Of a stretch of DNA of 64,000 bases, positions 45,935-54,515 are shown piece by piece. The translations under genes were made by a program, and so were the position numbers. The DNA comes from a virus: positions 2,476-66,475 of IMG/VR virus record IMGVR_UViG_3300044998_000296, one strand, 5' to 3'. The first letter of the stretch is position 1; each line of letters opens with the position of its first letter. The notes under the pieces were generated by a model. It searched no databases and had not been told where the DNA came from. It worked only from the letters and a program-made list of their open reading frames with translations.

Positions 45935-48346
45935 TTGAAAACCCTTTACCCACCCCAAGAAAAACACGTAGCCCGACTTCTAGCAGGTTTATCCACCAAT
46001 CAAACGGTCCTCGACACGTCCGAAACGGGGGTCGGTAAAACAGTTTGCGCGATTGCCTGCGCCAAAGCCGCCGCCACCGGAACCATCTTGGTAGTCTGCC
46101 CCAAGGCCATAATCCCCCAATGGAAAAGGGAACTGAAGGAAGCAAATATCCCCGGGGCTCACGTTATCAACTGGGAAAAACTCCGGGCTGGCAACACGGA
46201 ATGGGGCCGCTGGGAACGGGACCGCTTTTGCTGGAACAAAGAAGTGGGTTTCGTCGTATTCGACGAAGCTCAGAAAGCAAAAGCACCAGACAGCAAGAAC
46301 GCCAAAATGGTGCGGGACGCGGTAGACGAACTTCCCCACGCCAAGATAATGCTTCTCTCGGCGTCGATGGCTAACTCTCCGCTGGAAATGCGGGCGGCTC
46401 TCCACGCTCTGGGTCTCTGTAAATGGAGGGGATTTTACAGCTACGTGCGAAAGTTCCTTGGATGCGTTAAGAACCAATGGGGCGTCTTGGAATTCAAAGG
46501 AGGCGACGAAGCCTTAAACGCCATGCGTGAGGCAATTTATGGAAGGCAGAAAGGGAGCAACCTTACCCGGGAGGAACTCAAAGAATTTTTCAGTGACAAC
46601 GAAGTCATCACCGAACCATTGGATTTTGGCGACGAAGGCGAGATCGAAAAACTCTACGAAACCATGGAAGCCGAATTGTCCGAGTTGGAACAAAGCTCTG
46701 CCGACGACAAGCCTTCCCCTCTGACCGTCCAACTACGGGCTCGCCAAGCCGTGGAACTCCTCAAGGTTCCCTTCATGGTCGAAGCGACTGCGGACCTGTT
46801 GGCGGAAGGTAAACAGGTAGCTATCTTCGTCAACTTCCGAGCGACCTTGGAAGCCCTGTCGGAGAAACTGAATACTCAGTGCGCGATCTACGGAGGCCAG
46901 CCAGCTTCGGAGCGACAAGAAATCATCGACAGTTTTCAGTCCGGAAGAGAGAAGGTCATCCTGGTAATGACCAGCGCGGGGGGCGTCGGACTGTCGTTAC
47001 ATGACGTGAGTGGAAACGCCCCCCGCGCAACTCTCATTTCCCCGTCATGGGATGAAAAAGAAATCATCCAAGCCTTGGGTCGTTGCCACCGGGCGGGCGG
47101 TAAGAGCCTGACCCTGCAACGTATTCTGGTAGCCTCCGGAACCGTGGAAGAAAAAGTCCTGCGGAGTCTGCTGGCCAAAACCAGCCGTGTGGAAAAACTA
47201 AACGACGCCAAAGAATTTTTGAACACCGAGCAAAAAAACGAGTCAAAAGGTGTCATGCAAATGCCCACAGTTCTTGAACACGCCGAAAGAAAACACAGCA
47301 AACACAGCCCCTCTTCGTTGGGGACCAAGCTGGCCTGCCCCGGCTTTGAGAACGACCAGACCCGCGACAAAAGCGCGGCAGACCGTGGGAGCCTCGGCCA
47401 TGAAATGGTTGAGAAAGAAAACTTTGAGATGGCTCCCGAAGATGCAGAGCTTACCCAAGCCGCTGTCAAATGTTGGCAATTCTTGAAGCGGTTCAAGGGA
47501 ACCCATCACCGAGAAATTCAAGTTCACATGCTCGACCAGAAAGGCCACGTTGACCATGTGTTCACCCAAGACAAGGCTGCGGACTTAATCGACCTAAAGT
47601 TTTCGTATGCCGGGGGGTATAAAGCAGACAGCCCACAGTTCTGGGCCTACTGCGTGGGGGTGTGGGATAAGTTCCCACAAATCGAAACTATACGGGTGTG
47701 GGTCCTGCTGCCGTTTTTGGACGAGGTGGACACCGAGACGTTTACCCGCGCCGAACACTACGACTACTTTTCTGCCGCCGTGGCAAAGATCATCGAACAA
47801 GCCGAGAGCAACGACCCCTCCCTTCTAAGGGTGGGTCGCCATTGTTCCTGGTGCGCCAAGATCGGGCGGTGTCGAAAATGGGCCGAGTTCGGAGTTGAGC
47901 TGGCCAACCGATACCTCGGGGAGACAGACAAATATGCGCTTCCCGCTGCGTCCGTTCATGGCTCCGAAATCACCGACCCCGAAACTCTGGCCGTCCTGTG
48001 GCGCATCGCCCCGATCCTCAAGACCGCTACGGAAGGGTGGCGCAAGGCTGCCTTGGAATCCCGCATGGAAGGAAACGACCTCCCGGGTCTTGAACTTTAC
48101 GAACGCCGGGGCGTCCGAGAAATCACGGACGCTCTCGGAGCCTACGAAGCTGTCAAAGATACTTTGACCGCAGAAGAACTTTTGAGTGCCGCTGACCTGA
48201 AAATTGGTGCGCTCGAAAAACTCTGGCAAGAAAAGCAACCGCGAGGAAGCAAGAAAGCCAGTTTGGGGGAACTAACCATGCGTCTTACTGAGGCGTCTGC
48301 GCTGTCCTCCGGATCACCGACGCTGTTGCTTCGGGAGATCAAGTAA
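45935..48346 (+). CDS. SF2 (SNF2-like) helicase fused to DUF2800/Cas4-like PD-(D/E)xK nuclease
   Basis: ETGVGKT, VFDEAQ, LLSAS, GGVGLSL, QALGRCHR; then HS..SPSSL...CPG, GHVD..LIDLKF, HCSWC. Confidence 0.8.
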   Translation: MKTLYPPQEKHVARLLAGLSTNQTVLDTSETGVGKTVCAIACAKAAATGTILVVCPKAIIPQWKRELKEANIPGAHVINWEKLRAGNTEWGRWERDRFCWNKEVGFVVFDEAQKAKAPDSKNAKMVRDAVDELPHAKIMLLSASMANSPLEMRAALHALGLCKWRGFYSYVRKFLGCVKNQWGVLEFKGGDEALNAMREAIYGRQKGSNLTREELKEFFSDNEVITEPLDFGDEGEIEKLYETMEAELSELEQSSADDKPSPLTVQLRARQAVELLKVPFMVEATADLLAEGKQVAIFVNFRATLEALSEKLNTQCAIYGGQPASERQEIIDSFQSGREKVILVMTSAGGVGLSLHDVSGNAPRATLISPSWDEKEIIQALGRCHRAGGKSLTLQRILVASGTVEEKVLRSLLAKTSRVEKLNDAKEFLNTEQKNESKGVMQMPTVLEHAERKHSKHSPSSLGTKLACPGFENDQTRDKSAADRGSLGHEMVEKENFEMAPEDAELTQAAVKCWQFLKRFKGTHHREIQVHMLDQKGHVDHVFTQDKAADLIDLKFSYAGGYKADSPQFWAYCVGVWDKFPQIETIRVWVLLPFLDEVDTETFTRAEHYDYFSAAVAKIIEQAESNDPSLLRVGRHCSWCAKIGRCRKWAEFGVELANRYLGETDKYALPAASVHGSEITDPETLAVLWRIAPILKTATEGWRKAALESRMEGNDLPGLELYERRGVREITDALGAYEAVKDTLTAEELLSAADLKIGALEKLWQEKQPRGSKKASLGELTMRLTEASALSSGSPTLLLREIK

Positions 48347-48379
48347 GTAAACCAACAAACCAACGTAATAAGTATATCT

Positions 48380-49153
48380 ATGGCTAAAATGTCATTCACC
48401 GAAGCAGAATCCGCGCCCGTCGCGGAACCCACCGTGGAACTCCCAGCAGTCTCAACCGCTGTGGTTCCAAGTCAATCCCACGCACCCGCCGTTCTTCCCG
48501 ACACCTATGTCGAAGACGACGACGCCGTGGGGGAATTCAACTCCAGCCGCTACGAGTCGCACCCCAACCTGCGCTTGGTCAGCAAGACCTCCACCCAAGC
48601 TGAAGAGTTTGGAATCGGGGCGTGGATCATCGGAAGCAAAACAGTCGAGCCCGTCAAAATCGGGGTGATGGACAAACCCCTCAAGCTGGCCTGCGTCAAG
48701 TTTGGGATGGCTTGGCAGGAGCAAATCACCTACGGGGAACAGCGCATCCCCAAGATGTTCCAGACACTCAAGGAAGCTCTGGACGACGGGTTCACGACGG
48801 AGTGGAACCATCCGACTTTGCCCCGCGTGGCCGAAGTCGTGAAGGCTCTGTTCTGGATTCCACAACCCGAGGGAACCGATGAACCCTTCATTTTTTCCTA
48901 CGAGTCCCCCGAAGGTCCGGGAGCCCTGGCGTTCTTCTTTGCGGCTCGCACCGCTTTCGGGACGGTCGGCAAAACCTTGATTCAAGCCAAACGGTCGTTC
49001 CTCTCACCGGAAAAGGGCGGGATGAAATCGGGTTGGTGGGAGATCACGGCTACCAAAGCCGCCCGCAACGGCAACACCTGGCTGTTGCCGCGCCTTAAAC
49101 CTGCGGGCCGAACCTCGCCAGAACTGCAAGAGTTCTTGGCGAACCTCCAGTAA
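48380..49153 (+). CDS. putative ssDNA-binding/annealing protein
   Basis: Acidic N-terminus, P.L.LV motif, aromatic beta core; position between nuclease and polymerase. Confidence 0.5.
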   Translation: MAKMSFTEAESAPVAEPTVELPAVSTAVVPSQSHAPAVLPDTYVEDDDAVGEFNSSRYESHPNLRLVSKTSTQAEEFGIGAWIIGSKTVEPVKIGVMDKPLKLACVKFGMAWQEQITYGEQRIPKMFQTLKEALDDGFTTEWNHPTLPRVAEVVKALFWIPQPEGTDEPFIFSYESPEGPGALAFFFAARTAFGTVGKTLIQAKRSFLSPEKGGMKSGWWEITATKAARNGNTWLLPRLKPAGRTSPELQEFLANLQ

Positions 49154-49202
49154 ACCCTTGGGGGTGTGGGGCGTTGCCTCGCACCCCCTTATTTTCACAG
49201 CT

Positions 49203-49931
49203 ATGACTTCTTCAACCGACAGCACTTCAAACATACCAATCGCAAAAAATTCGGAACGCCTCTACCTGGCCGGACCTATGACCGGGAAACCGTTGTTCAA
49301 CTTCCCGGAATTTGACCGAGTCCGCGATCTCTGGAAACTCTTCGGGTGGACCGTTGTATCCCCGGCAGACATGAACCGGGAAAACGGATTTGACCCGTCG
49401 AACCCCTATTTGGAACCCCCAACTCTCACCAAAGAATTTCAGGAAGAAGCCCTGCGGCGGGACGTGGAAGCCCTCCTTGACGTGAACGCCGTGGTCATGC
49501 TGGACGGCTGGCAACACTCCACCGGAGCCCGCGCCGAGTATTGCATCGCTCGCTGGCGTCACATCCCGGTATATGACGAACGGGGGAACTTTATCCCTTC
49601 TCTATTTGACGGCTTGAAACCAGCCAAAGACGACGACGACCCCAAAGCCGTGGAAGGCTCCAAGAAATGCCCCATGGACCTGCTGCCCCCGATTGCCCTC
49701 TTACATACTGCCTGGGTGCTGGGTCACGGAGCCGAGAAATACGGGCCTTGGAACTGGAGAACCAGCGGTATCAAACAAAGCACCTACGTTGCCGCAATGC
49801 TTCGCCACATCATGGCCATGCACAGCGGAGCCTGGGAAGACGCAGATAGCGGCATCCCTCACGCCGCCCACATCGCCGCCTCCTGTGCAATTCTCATGGA
49901 CGCAGAAATCGCCGGAAAATTAGAAAGATGA
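49203..49931 (+). CDS. DUF4406 (nucleoside deoxyribosyltransferase-like) fused to DUF5664 dATP/dGTP diphosphohydrolase-like domain
   Basis: LYLAGPMTG...FNFPEF...LDGWQHSTGARAE; then K.PMDLLP..GAEKYGPWNWR...RH...DSGIPHAAH. Confidence 0.75.
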   Translation: MTSSTDSTSNIPIAKNSERLYLAGPMTGKPLFNFPEFDRVRDLWKLFGWTVVSPADMNRENGFDPSNPYLEPPTLTKEFQEEALRRDVEALLDVNAVVMLDGWQHSTGARAEYCIARWRHIPVYDERGNFIPSLFDGLKPAKDDDDPKAVEGSKKCPMDLLPPIALLHTAWVLGHGAEKYGPWNWRTSGIKQSTYVAAMLRHIMAMHSGAWEDADSGIPHAAHIAASCAILMDAEIAGKLER

Positions 49932-49960
49932 ACAATAAACCAGACGCAATAATAGCAGAG

Positions 49961-49993
49961 GGTGGGGCTGTTCGCTCCAGTGACTTGTTCGGC
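49961..49993 (-). mobile_element. attC-like half-site B1 (right arm only)
   Basis: gctgttc|gctccagt|gactt|GTTcggc; close to the A1 right arm, and both translate RSSDLF. Confidence 0.6.
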
Positions 49994-50111
49994 AGCTTTC
50001 GAGCAGAGAGCTATGGGAGGACGATGAATATGTAATAACCTGCAAGGCTGGCGTGATAGACCACACAATAGACAAACGGACGGCGCAATGGCCGCAACGG
50101 GAGGAAAAACT

Positions 50112-50303
50112 ATGAATCTAAACTACCCACCTGAACACTGGCACATCGGGATGCGTGGGAAGATTGATTACCCCGGAACCTCGCTGCACGGGAAAGAAGC
50201 CATGATTGAAAGGTTCTACAATGGCGAGGTCTTACTCTCATACGATCTAGGAAAAACTACTAGGATTTGGCATAGATGCTTTGTCCCGAAACGTCCGCGA
50301 TGA
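50112..50303 (+). CDS. small hypothetical protein
   Basis: GGAGG RBS; stop falls inside site B2. Confidence 0.55.
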   Translation: MNLNYPPEHWHIGMRGKIDYPGTSLHGKEAMIERFYNGEVLLSYDLGKTTRIWHRCFVPKRPR

Positions 50304-50387
50304 CCGGCAGCTACCCGCTGCATCACGGCCCGAAACCAAATCCGACGAGAACAGCGGGTAGCTGTTCGGTCGATCACTTTGTTCGCA
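50286..50387 (-). mobile_element. attC-like site B2 (complete)
   Basis: ccgaAAC|gtccgc|gatgacc|ggcagctacccgctg ... cagcgggtagctgttc|ggtcgatc|acttt|GTTcgca. Confidence 0.8.
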
Positions 50388-50394
50388 TAATTTT

Positions 50395-50919
50395 ATGATT
50401 GAGATAACAAAATCCGCCACCGCAGACACACGGACCTGCGCCTTTGCCAACACCACCAAGGAAACACTCCTCGCTTCAAGCCGCGCCCACATCAAGGACG
50501 TGGTGAAGGCAATGGCGTTCTTCATCGGAAAGCTCACGGAAGCTGCTGGGGAACACGACTACGACAAGCTGACCTCCATCGACTGGTTCCACGAAGACTT
50601 CGTGACGGGCTTCCAGCAAACTGGATGGTGGGACAACCACCGGAAAATCCATCGCCACCACCTCGCGCAAGACGACGGTGTGCCGGAAGACGTGAACCTG
50701 TTGGACGTGCTCGAATACATCGCCGATTGTGTCATGGCGGGGATGGCCCGCAGCGGGAGTGTCTATGACCTGGTGATGCCGCCCGAGCTTTTGGCACTCG
50801 CATTTAAGAACACGGTCGAACTGCTCAAGTCGGAAGTCATGGTTTCTGCTGCGAACGTCCGTGATGACCGACACCTAGCCGCTGGCGCGGCGGGTGCCAG
50901 CAAGGAGGACAACCAATGA
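50395..50919 (+). CDS. HD-like (DUF5662-like) protein, cassette-borne
   Basis: H..DV, HDYDK, H...RHH, LDVLEYIAD motifs; C-terminus runs through site B3. Confidence 0.65.
   Translation: MIEITKSATADTRTCAFANTTKETLLASSRAHIKDVVKAMAFFIGKLTEAAGEHDYDKLTSIDWFHEDFVTGFQQTGWWDNHRKIHRHHLAQDDGVPEDVNLLDVLEYIADCVMAGMARSGSVYDLVMPPELLALAFKNTVELLKSEVMVSAANVRDDRHLAAGAAGASKEDNQ
50850..50880 (-). mobile_element. attC-like half-site B3 (left arm only)
   Basis: tgcgAAC|gtccgt|gatgacc; tgcgaac is the exact complement of the B2 end gttcgca. Confidence 0.6.
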
Positions 50920-51455
50920 ACCAAAAAACGCAAAAAGATTACGAGAAGGCGTATTATGACGTTGCTGATGCGCTTTGCAGAGAGTCAACAGGGACAGAAG
51001 ATTTGTGCCGACAGGCTAGGCAACTACGCAAAGACCTAGCTGAAGCCCGTCGCATAGCCGAAGCCTACCGATATGTTTGGCAAGTAGTTTCAGCCGCCGT
51101 GGATACATGCCCAAACACCGATCCTCAACCGCTTTGTTTGGCGTTAATGGAGCTACAGGAGGCCATAAATGACTTTTCGACCATACGCAGCGGCCCCGGC
51201 GCATGTAGTGGCTACATTGATGACATGGCCAGGGCAAAAACACGCCTCACGCGGGCAGCAGAGATATTGGCTGACTCGTTATACAAGGCCCAGAAGCGGC
51301 GGGCTCAAGGAGCATCTACCCGCGAAATGATGCACGAGATTTATAATTCGCCGAACGCACAAGCTGACCGACAGCTACATCACGAACGAATGGCCGCTTG
51401 TGGCCAACAGGATCACGCAGAAACCAACTATGAAACAAAACCCTTCACACGTTAA
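50916..51455 (+). CDS. hypothetical helical protein
   Basis: AGGAGG RBS and ATGA overlap; runs through site B4. Confidence 0.6.
   Translation: MNQKTQKDYEKAYYDVADALCRESTGTEDLCRQARQLRKDLAEARRIAEAYRYVWQVVSAAVDTCPNTDPQPLCLALMELQEAINDFSTIRSGPGACSGYIDDMARAKTRLTRAAEILADSLYKAQKRRAQGASTREMMHEIYNSPNAQADRQLHHERMAACGQQDHAETNYETKPFTR
51350..51380 (-). mobile_element. attC-like half-site B4 (left arm only)
   Basis: gccgAAC|gcacaa|gctgacc, nearly identical to the A1 left arm gaac|gcacaa|gttgacc. Confidence 0.6.
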
Positions 51456-51693
51456 AGACCGGGGCTGTGAACTCTTGCTGCAATCCGAGCAAGACGACCT
51501 CGAAACTAAGCCGGGGAGCAACTACGCCCCGCCAACCCTGCGGTATGAAAAAGACTGCCCCTTTTGCACCTTCGGAACCCTATCGGCTAAAACTTATGCG
51601 GGGCGGCCTTACTGGGTGTGTGAGGACTGCGGACACTCTTTCAAACCCGAATCCCTGCAAAAACCCTCAACAAAACCTATATGCACAAAGTAA
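51430..51693 (+). CDS. zinc-ribbon protein
   Basis: CPFC ... WVCEDCGHSF. Confidence 0.6.
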   Translation: MKQNPSHVKDRGCELLLQSEQDDLETKPGSNYAPPTLRYEKDCPFCTFGTLSAKTYAGRPYWVCEDCGHSFKPESLQKPSTKPICTK

Positions 51694-53612
51694 AAACCTA
51701 CGCCGTTGACTTCGAGACTTACTACGACGGCGACCAAACCGTCACGGATCAAGGCTCCTATGGCTACTTCAACTCCCTGAGCCTGGAGCAAATCTATCTG
51801 GCCACGGTAGTCGCCGAAGACGGAAGGCACTTGGTCGGACATCCCAAAGACATTGACTGGTCATTTTTCAAAGGCAACCGCATCGTCGTCTGGAACGCCT
51901 CCTTTGAGATGCAGGCGTTTCGCCGCTTGCGCGAACTCGGCTTGGACATTCCAGAGCCCGCCGAACTGGTGGACGCCGCTGACATGGCCGCCTACGTCGG
52001 ACTGCCCCGATCCCTCAAAGGAGCCGCCGAGACCGCTCTCGGGGTTAGTGTGGACAAAAGTATCCGCGACACGGCCATGAAGGGCAAAGAATGGCTCGAT
52101 ATGACCCCGGACTTTCGGGAACAGGTCATGGAATACGCCGTCAATGACTCCCGCTACACGCTGGAAATCTGGCAACGCTACGAATCCCTTTGGCCCGAGA
52201 AGGAACGCCTGCTCTCCAAACTAACCCGCGAGTGGGCCGCCGAAGGAATCGGAGCGGACACCGCAAGCATGGAATCCGCCGAAGCCTCCCTGAAGCACGT
52301 CATCTGGCAGGCGGGAACGAAACTGCCTTGGTTTAATCCCGACGATCCCCAGAGCGTCCCACTGTCGCCCAAAAAGTTGGCCGAGCAATGCCGGGATGCA
52401 GGGCTTCCCTGCCCCAAATCGCTGGCTCTGGATTCTGAAGATTGCGCCGAATGGGAAGATAAATACGGAGAGAAGTATCCGTGGGTCGGGGCAATGCGAG
52501 ATTACCGGAGAGCCAACGCACTGCTCAAAAGAATCGAAGCTCTACGCCGCCGAGTCTTTGAAGGAAGGTGGAAATACGAAATCAAATACGCGGGAGCCAA
52601 CGGAACTCTTCGCTGGAGTGGGGGAGGGGGCATCAACGCTCAGAACCTCCCGGCCAAAGAACTTTACGGAGTGAAGGTCCGGGACATGATCGTCGCCCCA
52701 GAAGGAAAAGTCTTTGTCGTCTCGGACTTGGCTCAGATCGAACCCCGCTGCCTGGCCTTCTTGGCCGGGGAACATGAAACACTCTCCGAACTGGCCAAAG
52801 GTATCTCCCCTTACATCGTCTATGCCCGGCAAGTGATGGGACTTGACCCGAACGAAACTTGGGACAAGGGGGATATTCGATACAAAATCGCCAAAATTTC
52901 CGTCCTTGGAGCGGGGTATCAGGTCGGCCATAAACGCTTCGTGGACATGCTTAAAGCTTTCGGTATGTCCGATGTTTTGACCGCCCCTCTTGACAAAGAG
53001 GAAACTACTTTGGACGCCTACCGAAACTACGCGGTCGCGGTCAACCGAACCGAATGGATCAAAGACCTGGAAAACTCCGACCCCACGGAACAACACGCAC
53101 TGCTCAAAAGCTGGGAGATCATTCAGACCTTCCGAACGGGACGCCCCAAACTGGTGGCCCTGTGGAAAAGTCTCGGGGCTCTGCTTAAAAACGCCGCCGC
53201 CAAACAAGAGGACGTGGAACTGGAACTTCCCTCGGGGCGCAGCATCCGGTATCGCAAGTGCCGTTTCCGCCGAATCCCCGTCAAAGAGGGCGGCGGACAC
53301 GAAGTTATCTGCGACATCATGCGCAACGGACGGGAAATGGTTACACGGATTCACGGAGGAATCTGCACAGAAAATATAACGCAAGGGTTAGCTCGGGACG
53401 TTTTTGCCGACGGGCTCCTTCGACTCCACGAACACGGTTACAAGGTTGCCCTGCACGTCCATGACGAAGTCGTCATCGAGGTTCCCGAAACGGAAGCCGA
53501 GTTTCACCGCGACCAAATTGAACGGCTTATGGGAATCAGCCCCGCATGGGCTCCCACCCTGCCCGTGGTCGCCGAGGCCACCATCTGCAAAAAATACTCG
53601 GAAGCAAAATAA
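51681..53612 (+). CDS. family A DNA polymerase with 3'-5' exonuclease
   Basis: ExoI VDFETY, ExoII WNASFE, ExoIII YAVNDS, motif A SDLAQIEPR, motif B KISVLGAGY, motif C HVHDEV. Confidence 0.92.
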   Translation: MHKVKTYAVDFETYYDGDQTVTDQGSYGYFNSLSLEQIYLATVVAEDGRHLVGHPKDIDWSFFKGNRIVVWNASFEMQAFRRLRELGLDIPEPAELVDAADMAAYVGLPRSLKGAAETALGVSVDKSIRDTAMKGKEWLDMTPDFREQVMEYAVNDSRYTLEIWQRYESLWPEKERLLSKLTREWAAEGIGADTASMESAEASLKHVIWQAGTKLPWFNPDDPQSVPLSPKKLAEQCRDAGLPCPKSLALDSEDCAEWEDKYGEKYPWVGAMRDYRRANALLKRIEALRRRVFEGRWKYEIKYAGANGTLRWSGGGGINAQNLPAKELYGVKVRDMIVAPEGKVFVVSDLAQIEPRCLAFLAGEHETLSELAKGISPYIVYARQVMGLDPNETWDKGDIRYKIAKISVLGAGYQVGHKRFVDMLKAFGMSDVLTAPLDKEETTLDAYRNYAVAVNRTEWIKDLENSDPTEQHALLKSWEIIQTFRTGRPKLVALWKSLGALLKNAAAKQEDVELELPSGRSIRYRKCRFRRIPVKEGGGHEVICDIMRNGREMVTRIHGGICTENITQGLARDVFADGLLRLHEHGYKVALHVHDEVVIEVPETEAEFHRDQIERLMGISPAWAPTLPVVAEATICKKYSEAK

Positions 53613-53671
53613 ACCTTCTAACAACAAACGGAATCGGGTGTCATACCTTAAACTTCACCCACAAATAAATT

Positions 53672-54046
53672 ATGCTCGCCAACTACAAAGCCGTCAAACA
53701 AGGAGCCCGGAACGCGCAAGAAGCTCTGGAACGAGTTCGCTTCTGTTCCGAAATCCTTACCCTCCCAAAAGCAGCCCCGCGCCGAATCCCCCGGGAACTT
53801 CTGCCCTGCGAAAAACTCGGATGGAAGTCAAACGAATACGTCCGGTGGTTGCTCGACGGGAAAGTCATCACAGATCGCCGCCACCTGATCCGAATGGAAT
53901 CGGGAACTTGGGAAATGCGCAAGCACCACAACGGCAAAGTCCGAAGCATCGCCCTCGGGGCCACTCGAAGCTACTTTGAAGCGGTGAAACGGAGGGACCA
54001 ATGGCTCAGGGAACATGGATACGAGCTGACTCTCACCGACGACTAA
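53672..54046 (+). CDS. hypothetical, possible AP2-like DNA-binding C-terminus
   Basis: GTWEMR...SIALGATRSYFEAVKRRD. Confidence 0.5.
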   Translation: MLANYKAVKQGARNAQEALERVRFCSEILTLPKAAPRRIPRELLPCEKLGWKSNEYVRWLLDGKVITDRRHLIRMESGTWEMRKHHNGKVRSIALGATRSYFEAVKRRDQWLREHGYELTLTDD

Positions 54047-54049
54047 CTT

Positions 54050-54457
54050 ATGCAAACAACTCCCAACATCCCAAAACGCCGGGTTAAATCCCAAGCAAAG
54101 GAGGCTAAACGGTCTCTCTACATCAAAACGAAAGACCGTGGGACTATCCGTATCATCATCAACACGGATAACGTCCCCAGCTCGGAGATGAAGCACAAGG
54201 AAACCGAAGTCCCTATGGAAGTGGAAATCTGCCTGCGCCAAGCTCTGGGCAATCAGACCGACCCCCTGACCAAAGCCCCAGTGGAAATCCCCGCCCGGTG
54301 GACCAACAAACCGGAAACCCCGGGCTTCTACGTGCGCTGGTGCCGAAAGTGGGGCATGTCGGAGGTTTACTACCCGGGTGAAGACGTGCCCGGAACCTTC
54401 GAGCTATTGGAAGCCGAAGGGACCAAATTCTTCGGTCCCTTCCACCTGCCCCTGTAA
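54050..54457 (+). CDS. hypothetical protein
   Basis: cttATG start; WT..P.TPGFY motif. Confidence 0.55.
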   Translation: MQTTPNIPKRRVKSQAKEAKRSLYIKTKDRGTIRIIINTDNVPSSEMKHKETEVPMEVEICLRQALGNQTDPLTKAPVEIPARWTNKPETPGFYVRWCRKWGMSEVYYPGEDVPGTFELLEAEGTKFFGPFHLPL

Positions 54458-54515
54458 ATTGTAGCACTGGCTACAAAACTTAGCACCATCTCCAGAACCA
54501 GCACCACCCGTCCCA

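Noticed and set aside
47255-48346. CRISPR-associated Cas4
   Set aside because: Cas4-like PD-(D/E)xK nucleases are common phage replication proteins; no cas1/cas2 or array.
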